In this document: positions 1 to 9,619 of the stretch, piece by piece
Position numbering within the stretch: the stretch's first letter is position 1
Layout: each line of letters starts with the position of its first letter
Program-made: the position numbers and the translations under genes
Assembly: GCA_964653555.1 (NCBI GenBank)
Contig: CAZZFT010000009.1
Location: 1,040 to 65,039, forward strand
DNA: 64,000 nt
Origin: an uncultured Spirochaetales bacterium
GTDB lineage: Bacteria; Myxococcota_A; UBA9160; SMWR01
Reading direction: 5' to 3'
Notes under the pieces: model-generated
Told to the model about the DNA's origin: nothing
What the model saw: only the letters and a program-made list of their open reading frames with translations
Database searches by the model: none

Positions 1-56
1 AGGTGCTGGTGGACGCGCGCGTGTCCGGCGAGGCGCTCGAGTTCCGCAGCGCCTGA
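1..56 (+). CDS. 3' end of an upstream gene (partial, product unknown)
   Basis: Open frame enters the window, ...VLVDARVSGEALEFRSA*, TGA at 54-56. Too short to assign. Confidence 0.25.
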   Translation, partial: VLVDARVSGEALEFRSA

Positions 57-124
57 CGCTCCGCCCGGCGCGAGGGCGCGGACCCGGACGGGGCGCCATC
101 CTCCCGGGCCGAGGCCCTCCAACC

Positions 125-1372
125 GTGATCCTGCCCCCGAGCGCCAACCCGCTGGCGTACCGACTGATCGCCGCGCGCGCGCTGCGCGGCTTCGCGGACG
201 GCTTCGCCAGCGTCCTGCTCGCGGTCTACCTGACGGCGCTCGGCATGACGCCGACGCAGGTGGGCGCCCTGGTGACGGCGACGCTGCTCGGCTCGGCGGC
301 GCTGACGCTCGCGGTGGGCCTCGCCGGAGGGCGGGTCGCGCCGCGGGGGGTGCTGCTCGGCGCCTCGGCGCTGATGCTCGCCACCGGCCTCGGCTTCGCC
401 CTGCTCACGGACTTCTGGCCCCTCGTCCTGGTGGCCTTCGCGGGGACGCTGAACCCCACCGCAGGCGATGTCAGCGTGTTCCTGCCGACGGAGCAGGCGC
501 TGCTCGCCGAGAGCGTCGCCGACGGCGACCGGACGTCCGCGTTCAGCCGCTACAACCTGGGCGGCGCGCTGCTCGGCGCACTCGGCGCACTGGCGGCGGG
601 TCTGCCCGAGCTGGCCGTGCGACAGCTCGGTGCGGACGCGCTGGAGACCCTGCGCGGCGCGTTCATCGCCTATGCGCTCGTGGCGGTGGGCGTGATGGCT
701 CTCTACGCCACCGCGCCGGCACTGCCCGCCCGTCCGCCGTCGCACGGCGCGCCCCTCGCCCGCTCGCGGCGGATCGTTCTCGAGCTCGCCGCCTTGTTCA
801 GCCTCGACTCCTTCGGCGGCGGCTTTGCCGTGCAGTCCCTGCTGGCGCTCTGGCTGTTTCAGCGCTTCGAGCTCTCTCTCGCGGCCGCCGGTTCCTTCTT
901 CTTCACGGCGGGCGTGCTGGCCGCATTCTCCCAGCTCGTCTCCGCGCACATCGCGCGCCGCTTCGGGCTGATCCGGACGATGGTGTACACGCACCTGCCG
1001 GCGAACGTCTTCCTGATCCTGGCCGCGTTCATGCCGAACGCCGGGCTGGCCATCGCCTGCCTGCTGGCGCGGATGTCGCTCTCCCAGATGGACGTTCCCG
1101 CGCGGCAGTCCTTCGTGATGGAGATGGTGCCCGCCGAGGAGCGGTCGGCTGCCGCCAGCGTCACCAACGTCCCGCGCAGCCTGGCCACCGCCCTCGCGCC
1201 GCTGCTCGCCGGCGCGCTGCTCGCCCGCACGAGCTTCGGCTGGCCGCTCGTGATCGGGGGCAGCGCCAAGATCGTCTACGACCTGCTGCTGCTCTCCCGA
1301 TTCCGCCACGCCGAGCGCGAGCTCGCCGGCTCCTCTCTCAACGCCCTGCGAACCCGATCCCCGCACGGGTGA
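125..1372 (+). CDS. MFS transporter
   Basis: 415-aa ORF, GTG start. Multiple hydrophobic helices, Gly/Ala/Leu-rich MFS-like N-terminus (RALRGFADGFASVLLAVYL). Confidence 0.8.
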   Translation: MILPPSANPLAYRLIAARALRGFADGFASVLLAVYLTALGMTPTQVGALVTATLLGSAALTLAVGLAGGRVAPRGVLLGASALMLATGLGFALLTDFWPLVLVAFAGTLNPTAGDVSVFLPTEQALLAESVADGDRTSAFSRYNLGGALLGALGALAAGLPELAVRQLGADALETLRGAFIAYALVAVGVMALYATAPALPARPPSHGAPLARSRRIVLELAALFSLDSFGGGFAVQSLLALWLFQRFELSLAAAGSFFFTAGVLAAFSQLVSAHIARRFGLIRTMVYTHLPANVFLILAAFMPNAGLAIACLLARMSLSQMDVPARQSFVMEMVPAEERSAAASVTNVPRSLATALAPLLAGALLARTSFGWPLVIGGSAKIVYDLLLLSRFRHAERELAGSSLNALRTRSPHG

Positions 1373-1847
1373 GCGGCAGATCGAGAGCGCTGCGCAGCCC
1401 CGGCGGCGCCTCGCAGACGGCGGGCACGGCGTTCACCGCGTGCATCGCGGTGGCCACGTCGGCGGCGTGGACGTGCTCGTCCAGGGTGGCGTCGCGGCGC
1501 TCGAAGCTGGCCAGGTTGACGAGGTGGAGCTGTGGCGAGGGATCGCCCTCGATGCGGACCGTCCAGCCGTCGCGCGGGCGCGGCCAGGACGCGGGATAGT
1601 CCGTGCCCACCGTCCACAGCGCCTCGATCTCGATCAGCGCGCGCCCATCGGCGACGCCGCACCAGCGGTAGCGCTGGCCGCACACGGTTCCCGCCGCGAT
1701 GCGCCCGCCGCGGATCTCGAACGCCTCGCTGGCCGTGACCGGCTCCTGGTGCTCGGTCACCGCGTCGAGGGTCGCGCCGAGGCCGGCGGCCAGCAGCGGG
1801 ATCTGCTGCTGAAACAGGCCGCGGTTGAAGCGAGCGAAGGGGTTCGC
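1338..1847 (-). pseudogene. C-terminal fragment of a DapB-like NAD(P)H-dependent amine dehydrogenase / dihydrodipicolinate reductase family protein
   Basis: Only the last ~170 aa of ORF 1338..2159 look protein-like (...WTVRIEGDPSPQLHLVN...AMHAVNAVPAVCEAPPGLRSALDLPL). The upstream part of the ORF is Arg/Pro/Gly junk with no N-terminal Rossmann region. Confidence 0.4.
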
Positions 1848-1876
1848 CGCGAGCGTCGCCTGCTCGGGCGGGCGGC

Positions 1877-1999
1877 GCGGTGGATCGCCACCACGGCCGC
1901 CTGGTAGTGGCCGCGGAACCGCGCCTCGCGCAGCGTCTTCCCGGCCAGGGGCGAGCCCTCGCCGATCACCGCCTCGAAGAAGGAAGCCCGGTCCGCCCG
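1877..1999 (-). pseudogene. Isolated TrkA-C (RCK C-terminal) domain fragment
   Basis: ~41 aa inside ORF 1757..2425: RASFFEAVIGEGSPLAGKTLREARFRGHYQAAVVAIHR, a typical TrkA-C signature. No transporter body on either side. Confidence 0.5.
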
Positions 2000-2096
2000 C
2001 ACGGCTCGCGATCCGATCGCCGCGGACCCCCGGACACGCGGCGGGAGGCTGGCTCGTGGCGGGCGTCCGGGACCAGCGGGAGGACGATTCCGTGTC

Positions 2097-2385
2097 GGTG
2101 TGCTTCGACAGCGAGCCCTGCGCGAGCGCACCGAGATCCTGGGCGCGCCCGCGCTGCACCTCGCGCTCGCCTCGGACCAGCCGCTCGCCCTGGTCGTGGC
2201 GCGCCTGTGCGACGTGGTCCGGACGGGTCGTCGACCCGCGTGAGCTACGGGATCGCCAACCTCACCCACGCACCCGACCACGCGTCCTGGGCCCCGCTCG
2301 TCCCGGGTCGTCCGATTGAGGTCGAGCTCCGCCTGAACGACGTGGCCCACGCCTTCCCGGCCGGACATCGGCTGCGCCTGGCCCG
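2097..2385 (+). pseudogene. CocE/NonD-family hydrolase C-terminal fragment, frameshifted
   Basis: LRERTEILGAPALHLALASDQPLALVVARLCDV in one frame continues as PDGSSTRVSYGIANLTHAP...VELRLNDVAHAFPAGHRLRLA in another. 2-nt offset at 2217-2218. The catalytic N-terminal part is absent. Confidence 0.55.
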
Positions 2386-2598
2386 AGGGGATCTGAGCGC
2401 GGGCGCGGCGACCGAGAGGCCACACATGTGGCGGATCGCCTCACCGTGGCGTGACAGGCGGGGCACATCGCCCGCCGCGAGACGGACCGATCCCGCCGGC
2501 GCAGGCGCGCGGATCGCTCACCGTTGCCCGGAGCGACACCGATCGCGGTCGGCGGCTTGGAACGGGACGTGCAGAACGCGGGTCGGAGGGAAGACACC

Positions 2599-3075
2599 AT
2601 GCACGGAAGCAGAATCCAGACGATTGCCACGGTCGCCGCGCTGGGCATGTTCGCCGCCGGCTCCCAGCTCTCGGTGGCCGAGACTGCCGTGGCGCAGTCC
2701 TCGACGCCGATCAAGAAGCTGATGGGGGAGAACTTCGGAGGACTCCAGACGATCCTCTATCAGCTCATCAGCGCGAACTACGGAGCCATCCCGGAGCAGG
2801 CCGAGGTGATCCGCCAGCACGCCCTGAAGCTCACGAGCATGGTCCCCGAGTCGGCGAAGAACGATCGGGAGCGCTTCCTCGCCTACGCCAACAACCTGGC
2901 GGCCCACGCGCAGGACATGAAGACGATCTCGCAGACGCTGATCGAGCACGATCGAGGGAAGTCCACGATCGGCGCCGACTATCTGCGCGAGGCGCTGGCC
3001 TCGCACTACGGAGGCATGGTCACGATGTGCGTGGCCTGCCACAACCGCTACCGGCCGTGGCCGGTCCAGCCGTAG
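2599..3075 (+). CDS. Periplasmic class II (c'-/c556-like) cytochrome c
   Basis: ATG at 2599 after a GGAGGG RBS. Signal peptide (IATVAALGMFAAGSQLSVAET), helical body, single CVACH heme motif at the extreme C-terminus. Confidence 0.6.
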   Translation: MHGSRIQTIATVAALGMFAAGSQLSVAETAVAQSSTPIKKLMGENFGGLQTILYQLISANYGAIPEQAEVIRQHALKLTSMVPESAKNDRERFLAYANNLAAHAQDMKTISQTLIEHDRGKSTIGADYLREALASHYGGMVTMCVACHNRYRPWPVQP

Positions 3076-3215
3076 CCGCGCCTCGGAGGTCGGGGGGCGA
3101 TCCCGGGAAGCGGCGCGGTCCGGCGTCGGGACCGGGCGCGCGACACGGTGTACGATCCGTCCGCCTCGGGATGGGCCCGATGGCACGCCCGCTTCGCGAA
3201 GCTCCCGGAGGATCC

Positions 3216-3515
3216 ATGCCCGCGTACCTGATCGTGAACTACAAGGTCGACGACCCCGCTCTCTACGGCGAGTACGCGAGGAGCGCGGGCCCGGCGATGA
3301 AGATCGGGAGCGAGTGCGAGATCCTCGCCCTCGACTCGGCCACCGATCGCATCGAGGGCAACTCGGCTGGGCACCAGACGGTGATCCTCAAGTTCGATTC
3401 GAAGGAGAAGGCGAAGGCCGTCTACGAGTCGAAGGAGTACCAGGCCGTGGTCGGCAAGCGCCTCGACGCGACCTCCCAGCACTTCGCGGTGCTGGTGGAG
3501 GGGATCCCCGGCTGA
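3216..3515 (+). CDS. DUF1330 domain protein
   Basis: 99 aa, MPAYLIVNYKVDDPALYGEY...AVYESKEYQAVVGKRLDATS..., RBS GGAGGA upstream. Confidence 0.75.
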   Translation: MPAYLIVNYKVDDPALYGEYARSAGPAMKIGSECEILALDSATDRIEGNSAGHQTVILKFDSKEKAKAVYESKEYQAVVGKRLDATSQHFAVLVEGIPG

Positions 3516-3549
3516 GCCGGGACCGTCAGAACACCCGGATCGGGTGAGG

Positions 3550-3860
3550 CGTCGGCGCGGGCGGGCTCGAGGCCCAGGGCTACTGCGTGATCGAGGCCAC
3601 CACCGTCCGCGAGGGGATCGCCCGCTCAAGATCTCGCCGACGGGGTTCGGACTGCTGCGGATCCTCGTCCACCACGCGGGACGCGTCGTCACCCACGAGC
3701 AGCTGCTGAACGAGATCTGGGGCCGGTGCACGAGAGCGACACCCAGTACCTGCGCGTCTACGTCGGGCAGCTGCGAGACAAGCTCGGCGACGATCCCGCG
3801 CGCCCCCGATTCATCGAGAACGTGCCCGGCGTCGGCGATCGCTTCATCGAGTCCGATTGA
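3550..3860 (+). pseudogene. KdpE/OmpR-family response regulator remnant (internal deletion plus frameshift)
   Basis: 26 aa of receiver N-terminus (LEAQGYCVIEATTVREGIAR) are joined directly to the winged-helix part (LKISPTGFGLLRILVHHAGRVVTHEQLLNEIWG). A frameshift follows into ...DTQYLRVYVGQLRDKLGDDPARPRFIENVPGVGDRF..*. Confidence 0.6.
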
Positions 3861-3920
3861 GCGGCGAGCGCGTGGGGCGGGGCATCCAGGGGCTCCGGCA
3901 CCAGCCCGAAGCCCCGCGGA

Positions 3921-4883
3921 TTGTGGAAATGGCGCCGGTACACCGGCGGTGACCCCACGCCCAGCTGCTCGCGCAGGGCACCGAGCGGCGCGGGCAGCAG
4001 CGCCTCCCAGTCCAGGGCCGGCGGCCAGGGCGCACGTCGAGCGACCCCGCACTCGGACTGCGCGTCGTCGAGGACTTCGAGGTGGAGCGCTTCAGCCTGT
4101 TCGGCCTACCTCGCGGCGACGAGCGAGACACCGCGACGCGCCTTCGAACGCGCCACGCGTTACGTGCGCATCACCCACGACCGTCTCGACCTCGAGCTGC
4201 GCACCGAGGGTCCGCTGACGGTCTGCCGCACCGGTCTGATGGGATACGAGCGAAGCCGCTCCGAGATCGAGTCCGCCGTGGGCCTGATGGCCAGGCTCGC
4301 GCCTTTCATCGTCGGAGACCTCGAAGAGCTCACGGTGTGGTTCCGCCACCCGGCGACCCACTACTCCGACGAGGTGACTGCGGTGTTCGGCTGTGACGCC
4401 CACTACGACCAGCGCTTCGACGGCATCGCGGGGCCCAGCGAGGGGCTCGACCGGCCGCTCCCGCGCGCGGATTCGGCGCTGTGCGCGCTGCTCGAGGAGC
4501 ACGCCGCGAGCCTGCTCGCCCGCGTGCCGCAGCCCGCGGGCTTCACCGACCGCGTCCGCGAGCGCATCTCGGGCCTGCTGCCGCGCGGCCAGGCCAGCGC
4601 CGAGGGGGTCGCCGAGGCGATGGGGATCAGCCCGCGCACGCTGCGCCGCCGACTCGCCGAGGCGGGCGCGGGCTATCAGCAGGTCCTGGACGAAGTGCGC
4701 TTCGGGCTGGCCGAGAGTGCGATCTCCCCGAAGGGATTGTCGGTCAACGAAGTCGCCTTCCTGCTCGGCTACTCCGACGCCTCGGCCTTCCACAAGGCGT
4801 TCCGTCGCTGGACGGGACGCAGCCCCGGAGCCTACGCGCGCGCGGCGCGATCGGGGCCGGGGCCGGATGGCGCGTCGACCTAG
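3921..4883 (+). CDS. AraC-family transcriptional regulator, 5' part disrupted
   Basis: C-terminal AraC HTH (GISPRTLRRRLAEAGAGYQQVLDEVR...VAFLLGYSDASAFHKAFRRWTGRSPGAY). Homology starts near 4080 (ERFSLFG / YLAATSETPRRAFERATRY lie in different frames). The first ~50 codons of the ORF are not protein-like. Confidence 0.6.
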   Translation: MWKWRRYTGGDPTPSCSRRAPSGAGSSASQSRAGGQGARRATPHSDCASSRTSRWSASACSAYLAATSETPRRAFERATRYVRITHDRLDLELRTEGPLTVCRTGLMGYERSRSEIESAVGLMARLAPFIVGDLEELTVWFRHPATHYSDEVTAVFGCDAHYDQRFDGIAGPSEGLDRPLPRADSALCALLEEHAASLLARVPQPAGFTDRVRERISGLLPRGQASAEGVAEAMGISPRTLRRRLAEAGAGYQQVLDEVRFGLAESAISPKGLSVNEVAFLLGYSDASAFHKAFRRWTGRSPGAYARAARSGPGPDGAST

Positions 4884-6442
4884 GACGCGATCCGGGGCAC
4901 CACGTCGCCCGCGGCGGAGCGCGAGACCTCCGCCTTCCGCCGCTCGCCGGGCTTCGCGCGCGTCTTCTTCCGCTTCGCAGAGGCGGGCGGGGTCTCCACC
5001 GCGATCTCGACCGCCGCCGTGCGGTCCGCCATGTAGCGGTTGACGGTGGCGCGGCGCAGATCCTCGAAGGCGACGCAGACGTCGTCGTGGAAGGCACGGA
5101 TGTCGGGAACCAGCTCGTAGTCCGCGTTGAACCCCCAGCACAGCTTGCCGTCGTAGCTGAACAGCGCGATGCCGAGCCCGACGCCGGGGATCAAGGGCAC
5201 CATCGGGTACATGCCGAGCATCGGAGCGCCCACCACGTAGAGCGGAAACTGCGGTCCGGGGATGTTGGTGACGATCGTGTTGGCCGGCCCGTTGGCGATC
5301 GACACCCCGAGCTCGATCAGCGCCGGGGGGAGCCACTCGGCGATCTTCATCACGGTGTCCGCACCGAGCACCGCCTCGGAGCGCTTCAGCTCCCCGGTGC
5401 GCCGCGCGATCGCCTCGATCTGGGCGAGCGGATCCTTCTCGGCGAGCGGCAGCGCGACGATCCAGGTCGAGACGTGGTTGCCCTGACGGCGCTCGTCCGA
5501 GTCCTTCCGCACGCTGACCGGCGCGGCGACGCGGAAGTCGAGCTTCGCCGGGTCGACGCGGCGGCGGAAGAAGTAGCGGCGCAGCGCGCCGGTCACCGTC
5601 GCCAGCACCACGTCGTTCACCGAGCAGCCGAGCACGGCGCGCAGCTCGAGAACGTCGTCGAGCGGCATGGTGAGCCAGTCGAAGCGCCGGTGCGGGCTCA
5701 GATCGCCGTTGAGCGGCGTCTGGGAGGCGGGCTCCAGCGTGAAGCGCGCGAGTTCGGCGAGCGCGCGCGCCCGGCGCAGCAGGTCGCTCGCCAGCGGGGG
5801 ATCGCCCTCCGCGCGCGCCAGCAGCTTGCGGACCGCGTCGAAGGGCTGGCGGATCCGTTCGGCGATCGAGTCGAGGAGCAGCTCCGTCCCGCTCGGCGCC
5901 GGCCGCGGCATGTAGGCGAGCGGCTCCTGGAAGTCGATCGCCGGCGAGGGCGACATCAGGATCTGGGCCAGGTCGGCTCCGGCGACGCCGTCGATCATGC
6001 AGTGGTGCACCTTGTTCAGGAGCGCGAACTGCTCGCCGCCCTCGAGCCCCTCGATCACCCAGATCTCCCACAGCGGGCGGGAGCGGTCGAGCCGCCGGGC
6101 GAGGATGCGGCTGGCCAGCTCGCGCAGCTGCTCGAGCGTGCCCGGGCGCGCCAGCGAGAGGTGGCGCACGTGGTAGCCGATATCGAAGTGGCGGTCGTCC
6201 ACCCAGACGGGCCAGCCCTCGACCGGCGTCCAGGCCAGCTTCTGGCGGTAGCGCGGGATCCAGTGCAACACCGACTCGATCGCGCGCCGGTAGCGCGAGA
6301 CATCCACGCCCCCGTCGCCGTTGCGCAGCGTTCCCGACTCGAGGATCGCCACCGCCCCGACGTGCATCGGCGCGTTCTCGCGCTCGGCCCACAGGAACGT
6401 CGCGTCCAGTGTCGAGAGGCGCTCGTAGGTGTATCGAGCCAC
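4880..6442 (-). CDS. Wax ester synthase / diacylglycerol acyltransferase (WS/DGAT) family
   Basis: GTG at 6442 after GGGAGG. N-terminus RLSTLDATFLWAERENAPMHVGAV, catalytic HHCMIDGVAG (HHxxxDG). Confidence 0.8.
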   Translation of the reverse strand: MARYTYERLSTLDATFLWAERENAPMHVGAVAILESGTLRNGDGGVDVSRYRRAIESVLHWIPRYRQKLAWTPVEGWPVWVDDRHFDIGYHVRHLSLARPGTLEQLRELASRILARRLDRSRPLWEIWVIEGLEGGEQFALLNKVHHCMIDGVAGADLAQILMSPSPAIDFQEPLAYMPRPAPSGTELLLDSIAERIRQPFDAVRKLLARAEGDPPLASDLLRRARALAELARFTLEPASQTPLNGDLSPHRRFDWLTMPLDDVLELRAVLGCSVNDVVLATVTGALRRYFFRRRVDPAKLDFRVAAPVSVRKDSDERRQGNHVSTWIVALPLAEKDPLAQIEAIARRTGELKRSEAVLGADTVMKIAEWLPPALIELGVSIANGPANTIVTNIPGPQFPLYVVGAPMLGMYPMVPLIPGVGLGIALFSYDGKLCWGFNADYELVPDIRAFHDDVCVAFEDLRRATVNRYMADRTAAVEIAVETPPASAKRKKTRAKPGERRKAEVSRSAAGDVVPRIAS

Positions 6443-6587
6443 GACCTCTACCCTCCCCGTCCCGCTGAAGCAAGGTCGGTGCCAGAGGTCGGGCCGTGCC
6501 GGGCGCGAGCGGGCCACGCGCTGCCCGGGAAAGGACCAGCGCCTGCTCAGAAGGCGGGCATCGGCGCCGCGCGGCGTCGGCGCCGCG

Positions 6588-7271
6588 TCAGGACACCTCG
6601 AGCTCGCCGCGGCTCGCCATCACCCGCCGCGACACCAGCACGTAGAGCGCGAAGCCGGCGAGGCACGCCGGCGCGATCCAGTGCAGATTGCGGGAGACAG
6701 CCTCCTGTCCGCGGTAAACCAGCTCGGCATAGCTGAGCTGCGCGGTCTGGCGGCCGATCGAGAAGCCGATCGCCGTCAGGATCGCGCACCAGGTTCCCGC
6801 ACCGAGACCGGTCCAGAGCGAGAAGCTCGCGAGCGGCATCCGGGCGATGCCGGCGGGGATCGAGATCAGCTGCCGGATCGCGGGCAGCAGCCGACATACG
6901 AAGGTCGCGCCGGCGCCGTAGCGACGGAACACCTCCTCGGCCCGGTGCAGCTTGGACGGAGGCAGGAAGAAGTAGCGCCCGTAGCGCTCCAGGAAGGCCC
7001 GGCCCAGCCGCAGCGACAGGAAGTAGTTCAGATAGGCACCGGCGAGCGATCCGGCGACCCCGCAGGCGAGGGCGAGCAACGCGTCGGGGAGTGGCCGACC
7101 GAGGGAGAGACCTCCGCGCGCCGCCAGGAAGCCGGCGGGGATCATCACCACTTCGCTCGGGAAGGGGACGAAGGAGCTCTCGACCGCCATGAACAGGAAG
7201 ATCAACAGGAAGCCCCAGACGGGGGCGAGGGCGGCGATCGCTTCCAGGTGGCGAACGAGCAGGTCCGTCAT
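6588..7271 (-). CDS. DedA-family membrane protein
   Basis: 227 aa, FLFMAVESSFVPFPSEVVMIPAGF...RLLPAIRQLISIPAG. The ATG overlaps the stop of the upstream RND gene (ATGA). Confidence 0.85.
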   Translation of the reverse strand: MTDLLVRHLEAIAALAPVWGFLLIFLFMAVESSFVPFPSEVVMIPAGFLAARGGLSLGRPLPDALLALACGVAGSLAGAYLNYFLSLRLGRAFLERYGRYFFLPPSKLHRAEEVFRRYGAGATFVCRLLPAIRQLISIPAGIARMPLASFSLWTGLGAGTWCAILTAIGFSIGRQTAQLSYAELVYRGQEAVSRNLHWIAPACLAGFALYVLVSRRVMASRGELEVS

Positions 7272-9601
7272 CGAGAGTCCGGTGGCGAGGGGAGCGGTGA
7301 CCGCGACCGCGAGGAGTCGGCGCACGACGATACCCCGACCGGAGCGCCGACCGCCCGGCCACCCGTGACGAGCAGCAGCGCCGGCAGCAGCGTCACGTCG
7401 GCCAGCAGCGCCACCACCACGGTGGCCGCGGTCAGCAGGCCGAAGTTCCGGGTCACGGCGAACTCGGACAGCCCGACCACGCCGAAGCCGATCGCCACGG
7501 CGATCGTGGTCAGCAGCACCGCCGGCAGCATGCCCTGGAGGGTGTCGCGCAGCGCGGCCGGTGGGTCGCTGCGGTGCTGCGGGTGCGCGACGAAGGTGGT
7601 GAGCAGGTGGATCGTATCGTCGACGGCGATGCCCAGGGCGAGACAGCCGACCACCACCGTCGCTGCGTCGATCGGAATGCCGGCGAAGCCCATCGCGCCG
7701 AAGGTGATCAGCAGGGGGCTGACGTTGGGGATCATCGCGAGCAGCGCGACGCGCAGCGAGCGGAAGATCACCGCGGCCAGCCCGGCGATCACCATCAGCG
7801 ACGCGCTGAGGCCACGCAGCTGGCCCCAGGCGATCTCGTCCTCGGCTGCCGCGAACTCGTACATGATCCCGGTGGTGCGCGCGCTCGCGTCGGCGTCGCC
7901 GTGCTCCCGCCACCAGCCCTCGGCCGCCCGGGCGATGTCGAGCAGGTTGTCGGAGCTGTTGTCGTCGATGCGCAGCAGCACGTTGGCGCCCGCCCGATCG
8001 CTGCGCAGCACGTCGTCGAGGCGGTCGACCGAGGAGAGCAGCACCAGGTACTGCTCGATCTGGGCCTTCGTGCTCGGGAGCCCGACCGCGTCGGTCCCGG
8101 CGAAGGCGGCGTGGATCTGGCGCAGCGGGTCGGCCATCGAGAGCACCTTCCCCACGTCGGGCCGTTCGGAGAGGAAGTGGCTCAGGCCGTCGATCGCGGC
8201 GACCATCCGGGGCTCGGTCATCGACACGCCGTCTCGTGGGGTGAGCACGACGTTCATCGGGCTGATGCCGGACAGCCGCGCTCGGATCGCCTCGTAGGAC
8301 TCGCGCACCTCGTTTCCCCGGGCGAACCAGCGCGTCGCGTCGGTTTCCACCGACATCCGGGGCAGGCCGAGCAGAGCCAGCGCTGCCAGCGCGAGCCAGA
8401 TGCCCACCAGTGCCTTGCGCCGCCGTTGGATGAAGCCGAACAGGGCCGGAGCGAGGTCGCTCCCCACCCAGGAGAGCGGGCGCCCAGCGCGGGGCGCGAG
8501 CGGCGCCAGACGCAGCGCCGCCGGCGCCGCCGACAGGGCCGCGCTCACGACGGCCATCGCCCCGACCGCTCCGAAGAGCCCCAGATCGCGGATCGCGTCG
8601 ATACGCACCAGCGCGATCCCGAGGAAGCCGATGGCGGTGGTGAGACCGGACAGGGCGATCGGCCGCGCGACCCGCAGCAGGCTCTGCTCGAGCTCCTCGG
8701 CCGAGACGGCGCCGCGGGCCGCGTCCAGGACGTGGACCGTGTACGCGCTGCCGAGCGCGAGCAGGAGCGGCGGCAGCACGATCGTGGAGAACGAAAGCGG
8801 CGTGCGCGTGACGCCCATGGCACCGAGCGCGCACAACGTGCCCAGCCCGCTCGCACCCAGGGAGATCCAGACCACGCGCAGGGAGCCGAAGGCGGCGGCC
8901 AGAAGCGCCGCGATCGCCGCCACCGTCAGCGGGACGAAGAGCAGGATCTCGCGCTCGTTGGAGCGGTTCGACTCGATGCGGAAGACCGGCACCCCGGAGA
9001 CCCAGGCCGCGCGTCCCGCGACCTCCCGCCGGACCTGGTCGATCGTGGACTCGATCTCGTGACCGATCACCGGCTCGAGCAGCAGGTTGATCGCCAGGAC
9101 CCGTCCGTCCGCGGAGACCAGGCTCCCTGGCGCCAGGCGGTCGCCGGCGAGCTGCTGGGGCACGCGGGCGAGAGCGGGATCCCCGGGCCGCACGACCTCC
9201 GGCAGCACCGGATCGAGGCGCAGCGCGTCGTCGTCGCCCAGGCGGATCACCGGGACGGTGGCGAGGCTGTCCACCCGGCGCACGCCGGGCAGGTCGGCGA
9301 AGCGCTCGGACAGCCGCGCGATCTCGCCGAGCAGCGCGGGATCGAAGGGCCGCTCGCTCTCGAGAGCCACGACCAGCACCTCGTCCCCCCCGTAGTCGGC
9401 GAGGCTCTGCTGGTAGAACTGCCAGTCCGCACCCTCCTGGACCAGGATGCTCGCGGTGCTGGGATCGAACTCGAGGTGGGTCATTCCCGCAGCGGCGAGC
9501 AGGGACGCCCCGAGCCAGCCCGCCAGGACCGTGCGCGGGCGGTGCACGCTCCCGCGCACCAGCCACGCCAGGAACGGGCCGGTCGGAGAAGCGGAGATCA
9601 T
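7268..9601 (-). CDS. RND-superfamily exporter (MMPL / HpnN-like, two SSD-type transmembrane blocks)
   Basis: 777 aa. Two 5-6-helix hydrophobic blocks, each preceded by a soluble loop. GIAVDDTIH motif in the C-terminal block. Confidence 0.8.
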   Translation of the reverse strand: MISASPTGPFLAWLVRGSVHRPRTVLAGWLGASLLAAAGMTHLEFDPSTASILVQEGADWQFYQQSLADYGGDEVLVVALESERPFDPALLGEIARLSERFADLPGVRRVDSLATVPVIRLGDDDALRLDPVLPEVVRPGDPALARVPQQLAGDRLAPGSLVSADGRVLAINLLLEPVIGHEIESTIDQVRREVAGRAAWVSGVPVFRIESNRSNEREILLFVPLTVAAIAALLAAAFGSLRVVWISLGASGLGTLCALGAMGVTRTPLSFSTIVLPPLLLALGSAYTVHVLDAARGAVSAEELEQSLLRVARPIALSGLTTAIGFLGIALVRIDAIRDLGLFGAVGAMAVVSAALSAAPAALRLAPLAPRAGRPLSWVGSDLAPALFGFIQRRRKALVGIWLALAALALLGLPRMSVETDATRWFARGNEVRESYEAIRARLSGISPMNVVLTPRDGVSMTEPRMVAAIDGLSHFLSERPDVGKVLSMADPLRQIHAAFAGTDAVGLPSTKAQIEQYLVLLSSVDRLDDVLRSDRAGANVLLRIDDNSSDNLLDIARAAEGWWREHGDADASARTTGIMYEFAAAEDEIAWGQLRGLSASLMVIAGLAAVIFRSLRVALLAMIPNVSPLLITFGAMGFAGIPIDAATVVVGCLALGIAVDDTIHLLTTFVAHPQHRSDPPAALRDTLQGMLPAVLLTTIAVAIGFGVVGLSEFAVTRNFGLLTAATVVVALLADVTLLPALLLVTGGRAVGAPVGVSSCADSSRSRSPLPSPPDSR

Positions 9602-9619
9602 CCCCGCGCGCCCGGTCGC

